Below, piece after piece: positions 16,023 to 31,739 of a DNA stretch of 64,000 nt (position 1 is its first letter; every line of letters starts with the position of its first letter). Source of the stretch: the human T2T-CHM13v2.0 reference genome, Homo sapiens; NCBI RefSeq assembly GCF_009914755.1, contig NC_060947.1; one strand, given 5' to 3'. Below the pieces are notes generated by a model that saw only the letters and a program-made list of their open reading frames with translations, searched no databases and was not told the origin of the DNA. The translations under genes were made by a program, and so were the position numbers.

Positions 16023-18856
16023 CAAATATTCATATGTACTGTGGTAAAATGGTGAAGGAAACACACAGGAAGTGATGAGACTGTATACATAGGGAAACAT
16101 AGGTCCGAGAGGCTTCTTGGAGAAGGTGACATTGAAGCAAAGACTTGAAGGATGATGGGAGCGTGCCAGGTAAGAACACAGCAGCGTAATAGGTCAGCAC
16201 ATGTTAAAAAAAAAAAAAAAAAAAAAAAAAGCTCTGAAGCAGAGAAGAAGGTGGGGCTTTAAGAATCCTTAGAAGGCCAATATTGCTGAAATCTCAGAGA
16301 GGAAGGAGGAAGAGTGGGCACAGATAAGGCCTGACAGGTAGGCAGGGGGAGGCCCACTGCAGAGCCCTGCACATCGTGTGAAGGATTTTGGGTGTTGGGA
16401 CTTCTAGTTAAACACAGCAGATGGAGCAGACTCATTTGTCTCTCTTTATCCCTGAAACTCTACCAGGTTGATAGAAGAGGAATAAAAAATGGCATTTACC
16501 CAAAAGAAAATTAACAAAACAGGAGAGGAGATGAGAACAGATCAGAGCTCCAGTATTTTGGTGGCTTAGAAAATGACCTGCTGGTAACCAACTTAGGAGA
16601 CCAGAGAAATCCCAAGCTCAATTAATGATGTTGGGGAGACAAGGAGATTGGGGCAGGGAGTGGGAGGAACTAACAAGACGCATGCCAGTTTATGTAGCCA
16701 AGAAGTCTCAGAAATGAAAGGCTCCAGGTTCCTCTGAAGACTGAAATGTGGCTGAAAATACAAGGACTGGTTGAAAGTCTTTAGAGCCCTAAACACCTCC
16801 CCCACTTGGAGCCTAGCATCTCAGCCACCTGCTGCTTCATCCTGACAGAAGGCTGGAGGCTTAATCTCGAAGCTGCACCACACACCAGGGCGCATGAGGA
16901 GCAGTGAAATTTGGAAGTGGGAGAAGGCACTGGAAACAGAGGGATTACATACCAGCTCTGCATCCTGAAAGAAAGTAAATCTTCAAATTCATTTCCTTCA
17001 TTTCCTACTCCTCAATTCCATATTTAGTCTGCTGTTTTCTGTTAACTCATTTTAAAAAGCTCTTCTACCTAAGCACTTTCTTTTTTGCCACCTTTATCTC
17101 CAGAAGGAACTTCAACTTCAGCAAGGTATGCAGCCATTAAATTGTTCCTCAATTATCATCCCTATATATCATATTCTTCATGCTGCAGTTACAACTACTC
17201 CAAATCAAATCAATGCACTTTCCTTGCAGTCTCCCTCTTGACAGGCGACTTACAGTCACACAGGCCACTCTGGCTGCTGGAATAAACAATACTATTCTCC
17301 TCCTTTGGCTCAGAACCTTCAGTCACTGCTCTCTCCTGTTTTTCTCAGTCACAACATGGGTAACTCAGCTACTTACAGAACTCTCAGAATGACACAAACT
17401 TATAAATTTACCCCAATCTCCTTCAACTCTATTCTCAACCTCATTAATTAACGAATCTTAACAGTCTCTCTTCATAAGTGAACACACATCCCAGATTCGC
17501 CAGGGCAGAGCCAGTTTAATTAAATTTTCCTCTTTGTTATAAAAGGTAAGACTCTAAAAATGATCAGATGTGACTTAATTCTTATACCTTTGCAAAGCCA
17601 AATTCACAGATTTTTTTTTTTAATGTTGTGCCTTAGCTTTTTTGGATTGCAAAAACATACTCTTCATAATATGGTTGACATTACCTATTTTGAATTTATC
17701 ACTCTCTCTTACAGTTGAAAAATTTGTGGAAAGCGTATTTTAATGATGAAAATAAATAACAGTAAATTTCCTCATCTGCTTTAACCTCATCTTTTGCCCC
17801 TTCCTGTTTTAAAAAGTCTTAACTTAATTTTCCTAAAGGCTACCTTTTCTACCTTGGCCTTACCGCCGTCTCGGCTTACTTATTTCTCTGCCCTTATCTC
17901 CCAAGATTTCAACATATGATCTTTCTCCCAAAACTCCATTTCAATTACTTCTCTGGTAACCACAGACCAGAGGTCACCAACTGGTTGAATTTAGTCTGCA
18001 GACTCTTTTTTTGTGTGTGTGTGTGTTTGATTCGTTGGTCAGTTTGGGCTCACATAATGGTTTTTGAAATTGTTGAATGATACGCCATTAGTTAAAAATC
18101 TGGTGATTTCCCGTTGTCTTGCTTCTCTGGAAGAACCTGAAGACCTGACAATAGAGACTCACATTCTCATAGAACAGTCAGCTGCAACGGAGGCTCTGTT
18201 ACCCTAACAGAAGCTTTTCAGGTTGCCCCAGTTCCCACCCAGTCACCTTCAGTCATTCAAATTACCAGCTTGGCCCCAGGAGGCATTTCTTTTCAGATCT
18301 TTGCCTCAGCCTGACCACTCCCTTGTTCTCCCAAAAGCTTTTACATTTACCCTTCAGTTACACTCTTTTTCAGGTCCCTGTCAAGGCTCTGACTGTGGAG
18401 TCCCTCCAATAAGTAGCTATTACCTGGCTGTCACTCAAATTACTCTATGGAAACAGTTGTTACTGGGTTTTCCCAAAACTTTCCAGCGATTAATTCTTTG
18501 GACTCCACCTTTTACTAATGCATTCAAACTAAATGATTGTGCTGCCAAAAATATTGCCTTAATACACTTACTGTTGCAGTACAAGAACAGGTAGGAAGAC
18601 AGGCCAAAATCCATGAGTCTCCTGACTATATTTCATTAAGTGACAATTACTTCTGCATTTAAAATCATCAGTTGACGCTTACTTAAGCACCTATTATATG
18701 CCTAACTGTGTACTAAGCCCAGGGGTTAAAGATTCAGGTTTCTAAGATATTGGGGAAAACAAAAAGATTATTCACCCTGTAAAAAATCAGTACACGTATC
18801 CCAGGTATTTGTGATGTGTCAAGCAACACACACATACAAAACTCTGGTTATGTGAG

Positions 18857-19302
18857 TGTCAAAGAAAAACCAGAGATGGACGGTAAAGTGGTAAAAACAG
18901 ATTTTATTCAGGAATATTGCAATAGTGGGAAAGAGACCTCAGTATAGAACTGGGCTCAACTCTGAATACAGCATGGACAAGTGGGAATTGATAGCCAAGG
19001 AGCAGGGTGGGGTTTGGTGGATGGAAAACTACTAAGAGAAAGCATGGGGGTAAGGGGGATTCTAGCTAAAAAAAACTTAACAGGAACCTTGCTGAAGACA
19101 CAGGCCAGGGTGATCAGACGTCACATGGGGGATGGTGGAGGATGAGGAACCTGATCAGATACATAAGAGGAAGGTGGTTCTTGCTAAACTGATTTAGCAG
19201 GATTCTCGCTACAGCTGGATTTTTACAAAGAAGTGCACAGGTGGGCCTAGGAGAAGGTTCAGGAGTCTGGCTGAAGTTTGATCAAGTAGACAATCTTTAT
19301 CA
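18857..19302 (-). mobile_element. Solo ERV1-class LTR (family unresolved)
   Basis: TG...CA termini, 4-bp TSD tgag (18853-18856, 19303-19306), and a minus-strand AATAAA at 18903-18908 near the 3' end. Confidence 0.7.
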
Positions 19303-20009
19303 TGAGGATGCTTATGTACATACAGAAACATATAATGAAAATAGACCATCGTGCAGTTTATATGTCAACCGCAAAGGTAGTTTCCAAGATGACATAAGCA
19401 GTATTCCAATGAACATTTTTAAGGTTAATGGCATTGGAAATTTCCTACATAAGCCATGTTACTCATGAAACAGTAATTTCTAAGCCCACAAAGGCTTAAA
19501 TTTAGTTTAAATATCCAGTATACAATAAAAATAAAATCTATAGTAATACTGATAGAAATGACTGATGTAACTAATTAGAAATAGCTTTATTTTTCATTCT
19601 TATACTTGAGGGAAAAAAGATGAGAAAAATGCAGACTTCTGAAGAGGTCATGTTGTGTTCACTTATCCTTGGCATCTAGGGCAATAAATGATGGTGCTCA
19701 ATAAATGTATTTGGAATAAAATTAGATTCTGAAAGGAACTTCCTTGCTTTTACCAGGTTTAAGCTGTCGATGACATTGATTTTACATCTAATTTTTCTTC
19801 AAATAATATAATTTTCCACTTCTATGGCTGAATCACTGGAATTATTATTTTTGCTTACTCCTTACAACCTGAGCTGGAGCTTCTTTTTTGAAACACACCT
19901 CACAAAGATATCAAGACTTTCCTAAGGAATAAAGGAATTGGGACAAAGAGAGAAAGAAAATAAATGGTCTAAAAAGAATGCTTATTTGCAAGGTGAATCC
20001 GCTGTATTT

Positions 20010-20480
20010 AATTGTGGCAGATAACTGTATGTTGGCTCACTCAACACCCCTTCCCAAATTCTTTCTCCTTGGTCTTTCTCTGCTACAAAGGCTGGAGGAT
20101 CTCAATTCCCTGATCCAGCCAGGGGAAGCTGTGTGGACACAGTTTTGGCCAATGCTTGAGAAGATATCTGCAAGAAAGGATTTCCCTTCCCAAATGGAAA
20201 GACAAAGAGACTCTGAGGCTGAACGTCCTTTCTCTTTCTTCCTGCCTGAGAAGCAGCAGTCGTCTTGGAACCATCAGGACCAAAGTCACTCGTTAAAAAT
20301 GGTACAGCAGAATAAACCATGGCCCAGGTCTCTGATGACATCACGGAACTCTTCCATAGCTCTCAACTACCTGCCTCCAGACTTCTTGTTCTACAAAAAA
20401 TATCAACTCCTCTGTGTTTAAGATACAATTGGTCAGATATTTTATTAACTGCAACCAAAAGTCATCTCTAACTGACATGT
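20010..20480 (+). mobile_element. MLT1-type (ERVL-MaLR) LTR remnant
   Basis: 'gacacagttttggccaatg', 'ctacctgcctccagacttcttg', 'ttaactgcaaccaaaagtcatctctaactgaca'. Confidence 0.65.
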
Positions 20481-21729
20481 TAATTGAACTGTAAGCAACA
20501 AAATGCAGAAGACTAAATAGGGAGCATCGTCCACCCCCGCAATCCTCCTTGCGGTGGAGAAATGACGTGAGCACTAAAGAGATCTTGGGTGGCAGAGATC
20601 TCCATCCTTGCTACCAGGTGGTGCCACTGATGCAGAACAGCTTGACAGCTAATTTAACGTTTAAAACAATTTTATAACAGAGGGCTTATATGGGTAAGGC
20701 ACTCTTCTAGACAAAGTCTGCAAAGTGTTTAGCCATTTGTTTGGAATGGGACGTTCACAAGTCTGATTCTGCCCAGATGTAAGATAAGGATTGGAATTTA
20801 AAAACATACAAGTTACTTCTCTGGAAATTCACGTGTCAACCTATAAATGAACACATATAATCAACTAGTTTTTCATTAACTCTTTAGAGTTAATGAAATG
20901 TTCATAACTTCATCTCTAGTGCAAAATTTCCTCTTTATTTATAGCTCTTAAGATAAATGTTATTTAAAAAAATAGTTTTGGTAACTTCAACTAATCATAT
21001 GTTTTGACAGTCAAATTAAGATTCTTCTCTACCCTTTATCTAACAGTAAACATTTTAGGTTCTGAGTGAAAATGATTTGCATCCTCCATCTGCCTCTTTC
21101 CATTTCTCTGGTGCCCAACATCAACACACCCCCAATATCCATGCCCTCTAATAATCATCATGAATAAAATGGATGCCAAAATGAACCACAGTAGAAATTA
21201 ACCTTAGTTACCATGGGAAAAGCAAACTGACCTTCTTGCAAAAAACATTTTTGCAACATTTCTGTCTTAGGCTGGTATGCATGCTTTCACCTCATTAGGA
21301 AAGATACATTGTTTGGGTTTTGTTGATGTTGCTGTTTGAGAGGTGCAAGAAGAGAATCTGTTGAGTCTTTATGCATGAATAATGAGTCCAAGATAGAACA
21401 CAATTCAAGATATTTAAGCATCTAGGATCATAGTAAACTATGCGTATCTCTGCTTTTTGTATACTCTAGCATAACAGAAGAGGGGAACAGGTGGTATGAC
21501 TCAAATTGCCCATGCATGCAGAAGCATGTGATAGAGAATGTTTTCTTTTCACTGTTATGTGTTAACTTTTCTGGAGACTAGATGCTAATGATGAGATCCT
21601 GCTGAAGACACTAATATGTAAATCATTCCTTAAACAAAATTACTTAGCAGCTGCAGTTATGATAAAATAAATCAATGGTAGGAGATTTTCATTAGATAAT
21701 GGACTGCCTGGCCCTCTGACATAGACTGA

Positions 21730-22143
<414 letters not shown>

Positions 22144-24783
22144 TGAAAAGACTCTTCTTTATCACCTCAAAACTATGCTGCATTTGGGAGTTGCTTGATA
22201 TAAAGCTTTACCAATTTGAAGATTCAATCCAAGAATCGGGCAGACTCTGAGTTCCTCTGCCCACCTCATGGATGGCCCTGAAGTCACAGGAGTGAGTTTG
22301 CCTTCTTTCTCCTCTCAGTGGCAATGACCACGGATTCCTTGTCTTTTGGATTGCCTCCTACTTCATAGCAGACAGGGCTCATTCCCCCTTTCTCTGCCTC
22401 TCTGTTTCTCTCACTTCTCACCTCAGCTTTCTTTTCAACACACTGGATCTGACCCAGCTTTTATTCTCCTCAGAATCCTGGACAAAACTACTTGAGGATA
22501 AACCTAAAGCAGCCCTTTTTTCCTAAGATGTAGGTGACTCTTACTTCAGCTCTTTTTGTATGCAAGTATTCCCTGTAGAGCCAAAGAGAAAAACGGAAGT
22601 GACAGGCCGATGGCAGAAGGAATACTAACATTCGCTGAGCACTCAAGGGCAAATGTCGTGTGTACCTGATACCATCGAGTCCTTACAAGGCCCTGAGTTC
22701 TGTATTATCAGCTTTGTTAAAGATAAAATGAGGCTCACAAATGTTTGGTAACTTCCCTACGGTTGCATCCCAGAGCCTGCATTCAAGACCAAATCTTTCT
22801 GACACTCAAAGCCTCTGATGGCCTTCCCCGCTTCTCCGCTACAGAACAAATGTCTTTCCTTACCCAGTGTAATCCTAATTAGCACAAGGGTGAATGGGCA
22901 GTAGTACCCTCAGAAGAACCATGATACCGGGCAAGGAGCAGAGGGTATGGGGTGAGGCAGAAACCCTTGCACAAGGACCACAGGGAGGGAAACTGACCAG
23001 TCAATGGGATGAGGGAGTGACCAGGAATGTAACTAGACCAATAATGATGAAGTTCCCAGTCCTCCTTATCTAGAGAAGTTTGCTGAATAATCAACACCTG
23101 CAGTACGAGTTTCTACCATTTTTCCTACAAAAGTTTTTTGCTCCCATAGAAACATACAGCTGCTTTCTATTTACATGGTGCAGTATATCAGGCACTCTGA
23201 GGGTTAACTAAGATTCTGTGACTTAGGGACCTAACCACCATTTATAACACATTTCATTCCAAATTGTATGCAACTGACTTACAAATAAACTTGGAACAGA
23301 GCCCGAGGGTAAGTTTGGAAAGGCCTAAATCTTGTCTCAAGGTGGGAATGTGGTTCTTGCCTGACTGCTGAGAAATTTAATGGTTACTGGGCAACCAGGA
23401 ATTAAATAATTTGGGAAATTTTAACTCTACCTTTTTCTTATGAGTATTCTTTAGGGGAATATATATACTTTTTATTAAGAAAATGAAATACATGGTGCCT
23501 TAGAAATAGAATCTCTAATTTAAAATTTTCATTTTCCAAATGAGAGAACTAAGGACTAGAAAGCTCTTAGTAACTTGTTCTGAATTCCCTAGTCAGCTAG
23601 GAGAAAAACATCAACTAGAATCCAAGTCTTTTTCTCCCCAAGTGTGTATCCCTTCCCTGAGCAAGCCACAGAACAAAAATATAAAGGCTCATTCTAAGTG
23701 GGACTTCAAGTCTACTCATTCAGCTTAAGGGCTCCCAATTGCTCCCAATTCGAACAGAGGGCCCGTGAATTTCTTTAACCTTGACAAACATCTGACTGGA
23801 AAACAAATTTTCCCAAAAGCAAGCAGGGTCTAATTTTCCCCTGTTAAGAGTGGTTTCTAGACCTTGGCATCTTCTTAAATTTTTAAGATTCAGCTCCTCC
23901 TAACCCGCTCTGACATATAAAGTCATAGTGTTGTGAAGCAGACTGTGTTATAGAAGGAAGTCAGGAAGTAAGGATGTGAACATTTCTTTTAAAGAGTAGC
24001 AGCAGCCTCCATCCTGAATGAAGAAGCCAGGTCTCAGACACTCCCTTAGACGTGCCGCCTTTAAGAAAGGACATCCTCTCTGTACTTCTGATGATCAGCT
24101 TAATTTCCCATTTGAATAATGATTTTTTTGTTTGCTTCTGAAGTCATGAGAAGCAGTTAGCATTTATGAAGCTTTGAATGGTTGTCCAATTTGACTTAAA
24201 GGCCACGAGATGCTGATGTTAAACTTCGTACATTTATTTCTGGGTTCCTGTCTTATTAAAACACTGACATAACTCTCCATAGTGCAAGTTTTCATTCACC
24301 ATCTGTCAGTCTATTGCGCTACAGGAAAAAAAAAACTCCAGGTTAATTATGTAAAAGGTAATAGCATCAAAGAACAGAACATTGTGCCTATTATACTCTC
24401 AATGTGCAAAAATGGGCATATTTTTATGTGTATGTTTGTATATGCAAAAATATTTACAGAAGCAAACATAAAAACTATACTGTTAATTGTCTCTAGGAAG
24501 TAAAATTAGGGGATTGATACCAAGAGTGGTTGGAGACTTACTTTTCAATACTATCCTCTTACAATGTTTGATTTCTTAAAGTCATGTGCACTTTTTTTAA
24601 TGATTGAGTATTAAATCTATCTATCTTCTTTTCAAGATTTCTCTATCTGGGATTTCTTCCAAATTCTTAGCTTCACCCGCTGTCCTTCAGGAGAGTACTA
24701 TTGTACAATGGAAAAACTACTGGGTAGAGAAGAAAACTTAATGGGCTCTATTTATGTCTTTGCTGTAAAATAATAGTAATAAT

Positions 24784-24895
24784 GGTTATCATTTATTAGG
24801 TGCTTACCCTATGTTTGCAATAAATAACATAAATTCTCAGGTTATCATTTATTAGGTGCTTACCCTATGTTTGCAATAAATAACATAAATTCTCA
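24784..24895. repeat. Perfect 56-bp tandem duplication
   Basis: ggttatcatttattaggtgcttaccctatgtttgcaataaataacataaattctca at 24784-24839 and 24840-24895. Confidence 0.95.
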
Positions 24896-26096
24896 TATAA
24901 TTACCTTCAACTGTGATATCATTATTTCAATCCCATTTTATAAATAAGGAAACCAAAGGCCTAAGAAGTAAAATTCAAATCCATTTGACCCTAAAGCCCT
25001 TCCTCTTCATCACTATGGTCTCCCAATAAGCTTGGTCTAGTAACCTTAACTTTCCTAAGCTTCATTTTTTTTTTGTTCATTTTTAAAGGGAACAGTAATA
25101 GTACCTATTCCTAGGGCTGTTGCAAAACTAAGAGAGATAGTGTATCTCAAAAGCTCCAAAGAGGAGATGTATCTTGGATATATACTTGCTCAGTAAAAGT
25201 TAGGAACCTTTCTCTGCCCCGTACTTCTTGTTATAAAGTATAATAAAAGTGCAAGTAATATTTTTATCATGCTGTGGACCAAACTCTTTCTTCGGTTCCC
25301 CTTTTCAAATGGCTTTAGAGTATTTCCTCTTCAAAATGCCACTGTCCCCTCTCAGGAAGAAAGTATAGCTGAGGGGCTAAATCGCTGGTTTAGGAGTTAA
25401 AAGTACACGTAAATCCCTGCTTTGCAATGTGAGAAAATTACCTATTTTCTCTGAGCCTCATCTGCACAATGGAGATACAAATATCTTTTACAGGGTTTTT
25501 GAAAGGATTAATGAGAAATATATGCTTATGGTATGGAAGCACATACATTTATATGAGCCACCAAAAATAAATTTTTCTAAGAAGAGAAATTGTAAATAAA
25601 CCCATAAGTATGTAATTCAATCAAATTCATATCTATTCCCTGTTGCTCCGCTCAGTTTGCAATTTCCTCTTTTCCTCAATGGTATCACCATTCTCTGTGT
25701 CACCACGCCTTCAAATTTTGAAGACATATAACTCCCTTTTTCTTTAAAACCTGTCCAATCTGTGATTACCTTCTGGCAATTCTACCTTGTTAAGAAAAAC
25801 CTCTGGAGTCACGTTCCCTTTTCCTTCCCCCATTGCTATCCTAAGACCCTCATCATGTCAATTACCTCAAAACAAAACGAAATAATCTCTCCCCTCTCTA
25901 ACTGTCCTTAAACTCACCCACCAAATTCCTATTCCAAAACACAGAAGACGGACTTCATTATTTCTCTTTTCTGAAGATTTAACAATGTTTTTCCCATTGC
26001 CAATCAAATGCAATGTAAATTTCTCACTCTATAATTTAAGGCACTTAGTTCACCCCAGGGGCACTGAATCAGATTTCCCTTTTAAAAATCTGGAGT

Positions 26097-26381
26097 GGCC
26101 AGGCGCGGTGGCTCATTCTTGTAATCCCAGCACTTTAGGAAGCCGAGATGGGCAGATGGCTTGAGCTCAAGAGTTGAGAACAGCCTGGATAACATGGCAA
26201 AACCCTGTCTCTGCCAAAAATACAAAAATTAGCCAGGTATGGCGGTGTGTGCCTGTAGTCCCAGCTGCCTGGGGGGCTGAGGCAGGAGAATCACTTGAGC
26301 CCAGGAGGTTGTGGCACCAGTGAGCCATGTTCGCACCACTGCACCCCAGCCTGGGCGACAAAGTGAGACCCTGTCTCAAAA

Positions 26382-26411
<30 letters not shown>
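26097..26411 (+). mobile_element. AluJ-like element with long A tail
   Basis: TSD aaaaatctggagt at 26084-26096 and 26412-26424. Confidence 0.9.
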
Positions 26412-26425
<14 letters not shown>

Positions 26426-26822
26426 GATTCTCAGAGAACAATGTCTTCACTGACTCGCAAACAAGCCAGTCTTTCATACCTTTGTTTATGCTGCTACACT
26501 ATCTGGAATATCTTGGCCCTACATTTTACTTTACCTGAGTATTACAAAATTTCTTCCTAGAACAATGTTTTTTTCCACTCTCCAAACAACTCTCCCTAAT
26601 TATTCTAATTAATACTGCTCTTCCTACCTATATAAGGTACCATACGTTTGACCTTAATCTTATTTAAGTTGGTGTACACGGTCTTGTAACATTTATTAAC
26701 TGTTTTATTACTTCCCAATTTTATTTCCCCCAAAACACAGTAACATCTTTTGTGAAGCTGACATAGGCTTTTTTCAAAGGATTTCTTATACAACAGGTAG
26801 AAAGATAGCAGGCAACAATAAG

Positions 26823-26825
<3 letters not shown>

Positions 26826-26858
<33 letters not shown>
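26826..26858 (+). repeat. (TG)~16 microsatellite
   Basis: Uninterrupted TG run. Confidence 0.95.
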
Positions 26859-26859
<1 letters not shown>

Positions 26860-29800
26860 ATATATAAATTTGAATGTATAAGCCTTCAATCATTCCAACC
26901 TAAGACATCTAAAGTAACCTTGAAAAGCAAAATGGGTATACGCTGGCATTAATAAACGATACCACTAGCAATAAGAGAAGATAAAATAATATGGTTGTCA
27001 TTTGGGTTCTACAGACAGAAAGGACTTAGAATAATGTAAGTGTTCCACCACCGGCCACAAGTAGACCTGGTACCATCTCCTTCACTCTCATAGGCAAGGA
27101 ATTCTATCACATCATGAAGTCCGCTGCATGACCAGAGTCACGCCAGCTTGGGCAATGAACAGGGATCATGCCTTATACTTTTGTGCATTCTATTACCCAG
27201 AGAAAGGTTTTGAACATTCTAAGTACTCCATATTTATGGGGGAAAAAAATCAATGCCTCACAGAAAACTGTAAATGTAAACTGACCATATCTATGGTATA
27301 CATGAGTCTTCCTCACCCAAGAGGCAGGAAGCAATCTTCCTTTTCTGTTAATAACTGAATAGCCTTTTATTAGGACAGCCACTGTAATTTAGGGCTCTGC
27401 ATATATTTAAAAAATGTGAAGAAACAGGAGTTGGTATAGAGAATAAAATTTAATTTAATGGGTAGATAATAGATCCACTAAGGATGGATAAAGGGATAAG
27501 GCTTATTTAGCTGAAAAAAAATTAAACTGTACAGTATTTATGTAACCAGGAGGCTGTTACCAACTAGAGCCCCTCAACATAACACACAAAAAAGTGTGTA
27601 TTATATCAGAAAAGTTTGGAAGAGTTGTGTTTGGTTAACTTCGTTTTGTTTTCACATTACTCAAAAAAGAAGAAAAACACCCAGCAGATATTTAAAAGAA
27701 AACATTTGTGGTCACTAGAAATAAAAAATACACAAATATTAACAATGAGATGGTTTAATTTTCCTTGTTACAATAGCAAAAGTAAAAATAATACTCCATG
27801 CTGGGAAGGACATGGTTAGATTGGCACTTTGAAGTATTATGAGTGTAAATGGCTACAGCCTTTTGAGAAAGTTTCAGGCAGTGCATTCCAAGAAGCTTAG
27901 AAACATTAACACCATTTGACTCAGTGATTCCACTTACATGAATCAAATGTAGAAAGGTGTTATGCATAAAGGTGTTCCTCAAAGTCTTACGTGGAACAGT
28001 AGAAAAATTGGAAACGACTATGGAAATAATTATCAGCTCTATATTCTTTAATTGCGTCTTGGCCAGAAAATGTAACTGAAGTAAGAGGCTACAAAAGCCT
28101 TAACTGACAGTTAGAAGCAAGAACCTTGAAAAGAACATGGGAACTGTACACACAAATGTTTTGAGAAGATAAAACAGTCTGCTAGCCATTCTACCTGGAG
28201 AGATAAGTTAAAGGTAACTAAATATTTACATATCAGTTATTATAAAAATTAAAACTTACAGAAACCCATCATAAAGTTGAGTTTCTGTATAAAATTGCTT
28301 GCTAAGAAGGGCAAAGTTGTTCCTGTAATTCGGAAAGTTTACAAGGATACTTGCCTTGTCACCTTGACACCATACATATTTGGTAAAGAAAATTTTATCC
28401 ATTAAGATATTTGTGGTAGAAAACTATTGATTTAAATTCATAGCTATATTTTTCATAGGATAAATGTTACTTATCAACTTTCTGATAACTGACTGTCTGT
28501 TTTTGACCACACTGACTTTATTCTGTAACATCACTTATACATAAGTAGCTTGTTGGACAGAAGGTATTATAACACTTTACTTGGCTTTCTTCTCAGAAGC
28601 TTGTTAGTAATAAGCCTCCAGATTCTTAAAGATTTCCTTCCATAAATTCAACACGAATTTGACTTTTCTTTGTCACAATTTTCAAAAATTGGGAAATATT
28701 TTTTTACAAAAGTGGTACCCCAATAAACTGCAACTAGCGAAAAATAACATCTCTGAGGAACTAAGAATAAGAGAAGACTTATGATTACAGTAGGATACAA
28801 CACTTTAAACATTCTATTATCTCAAACAACTATATAAAAATGCATAGGAAAGAAGACCGGAAGCAATCTTTTAAAATGTAAATAGTGGCTATTTCTGGGT
28901 ACTGAGATGTGAGGTGATTTTCATTTTGTTTTTGCACTTCACCTTCTAAAATTTCTAGAATGAACATCCATGTTTTAATGTTCAATAAAAGTAAGATCAT
29001 AAAAACTTCTATACCCTCAGTAAACGTTTTTCTCCTTGATATTTTTAGCCTGTTGCCCTAAAGTTTGAAAATACATGGCACGCTCTTAAATGTTTACTGA
29101 AGCAGGAAACCGATGAACGAACGAGGCCATCAGCACATCAAATTGTGTTCAGTGTTTCCTTTCTTTGTCATATAAATTCTGAATCCATAGTGACACTTTT
29201 TACGGGTCTTATTTCTCCTTATCAATTAATTATTCCTTTTAGGGCAAAATTAATTCCAGAATAGCAGTTCACTTGGTTTTGCTAAGATAACAAATTGCCA
29301 ATAAAATCTACAACTTAACTGATATTCCCTATTTTAATTACTTTGAGGCTTTATCTTCTACTTTCTGGAAAGAACTCCATCTCTCCAGAGTTCCATCTTG
29401 CCAGTTTAATAATCCGCCTTAGAAAACCCTCATCTGTATCTTTCCATCTTCTTGAGTGGTATTTGTTTTCCTCCCGAGCAAAATCACTCTCCCTTGCTCT
29501 ACTGTGCTTCATTCAATGAACAATTATTTTTTCAGAGGCTACCATGCACCAGGCACTGGTGACAAAGATGAGGAAGACAGTTCCTGCTTTAAAGAGGCTC
29601 ATTACAGGCTCATCTCATTAAATTGCACTTTGCTGTATTGCACTTTGTGAAAATTGCATTGTTTACAAACTGAAGGTTTGTGGCAATCCTGTGTTGAGCA
29701 TGTCTATGGACATTTTTCCAGCAGCATGTGCTCACTTTGGGTCTGTGTCTCGTTTTGAAAATTCCCTCAATATTTCAAATTTGTCATTATTTTTATATCT

Positions 29801-30768
29801 ATTATGGTGAATCGTGATCAGTAATCGTTGATGTTACTACTGAAATTGTTTTGGGGTGCAACTAACCACACCCACATAAGATGGCAAACTTAATTGATCA
29901 ACGTCATACGTGTTCTGACTGCTCCACCGACCAGCTGTTCCCCCATCTCTTTCCCTCTCCTCTGGCCTTCCTGTTCTGAGACACAACAATATTAAAATCA
30001 GGGTAATTAATAACCCTACAATGGCCTCTAAGTGTTCAAGGGAAGAAAGAGCCATACCTCTGTCACTTTACATCAGAAGCTATTAATGATTGAGCTTAGT
30101 GAGGAAAGCATGTTGAAAGATGAGACAGACTGAAAGCTAGGCCTCTCATGCCAAACAGTCAAGTTGTGAATGCAAAGGAAAAGTTAATGAAGGAAATTAA
30201 AAGTACTACCCTGCGAGCACACAAATGATAAGAAAGTAAAACAGCCTTATTCCTGATATGGAGAAAGTTTGAGTGCTCTGAATAGAAGATCAAACTAGCC
30301 ACAACATTTCTTTAAGCCAAAGCCTAATCCAGAGCAAAACCTTAACTCCCTTCAATTCTATGAAGGCTAAAAGAGATGAGGAAGCTGCAGAAGAAAAGTT
30401 GGAAGCTAGTAGAGGTTGCTTCAAGAAGCTTAAGGAAACAAGCCATATCCATAACATTAAGGTGCAAGATGAAGCAGCAAGCATTGATGCAGAAGCTGCA
30501 GCCAAGTTTTCCAGATGAAGCTAAGGTCATGGATGAAGGTGGCTACAACGAACAACAGATTTTCAACATAGATGAAACAGCCTTCTATTTAAAGGTGATA
30601 CTATCTAGGACTTTCATAGCTCTAGAGGAGAAATCAATGACTGCCTTCAAAGCTTCAATGGACAGGCTGTATCTCTTAGTAGGGCCTAATGCAGCTGGTG
30701 ACTAAGTTGAAGCCAATGCTCATCTACCATTCTGAAATCACAGGGCCCTTAAGAATTATGTGAAATCA

Positions 30769-31739
<971 letters not shown>

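Noticed and set aside
16206-16230. Solitary A25 as a retrotransposon tail
   Set aside because: No TSD or element body; better explained as slippage expansion within an L2 remnant.
19978-20421. 147-aa ORF
   Set aside because: Overlaps an MLT1 LTR remnant and has no recognisable domain.
30376-30705. Domesticated TIGD-like transposase gene
   Set aside because: Frameshifted, stop-ridden and split by Alus within intact transposon ends.
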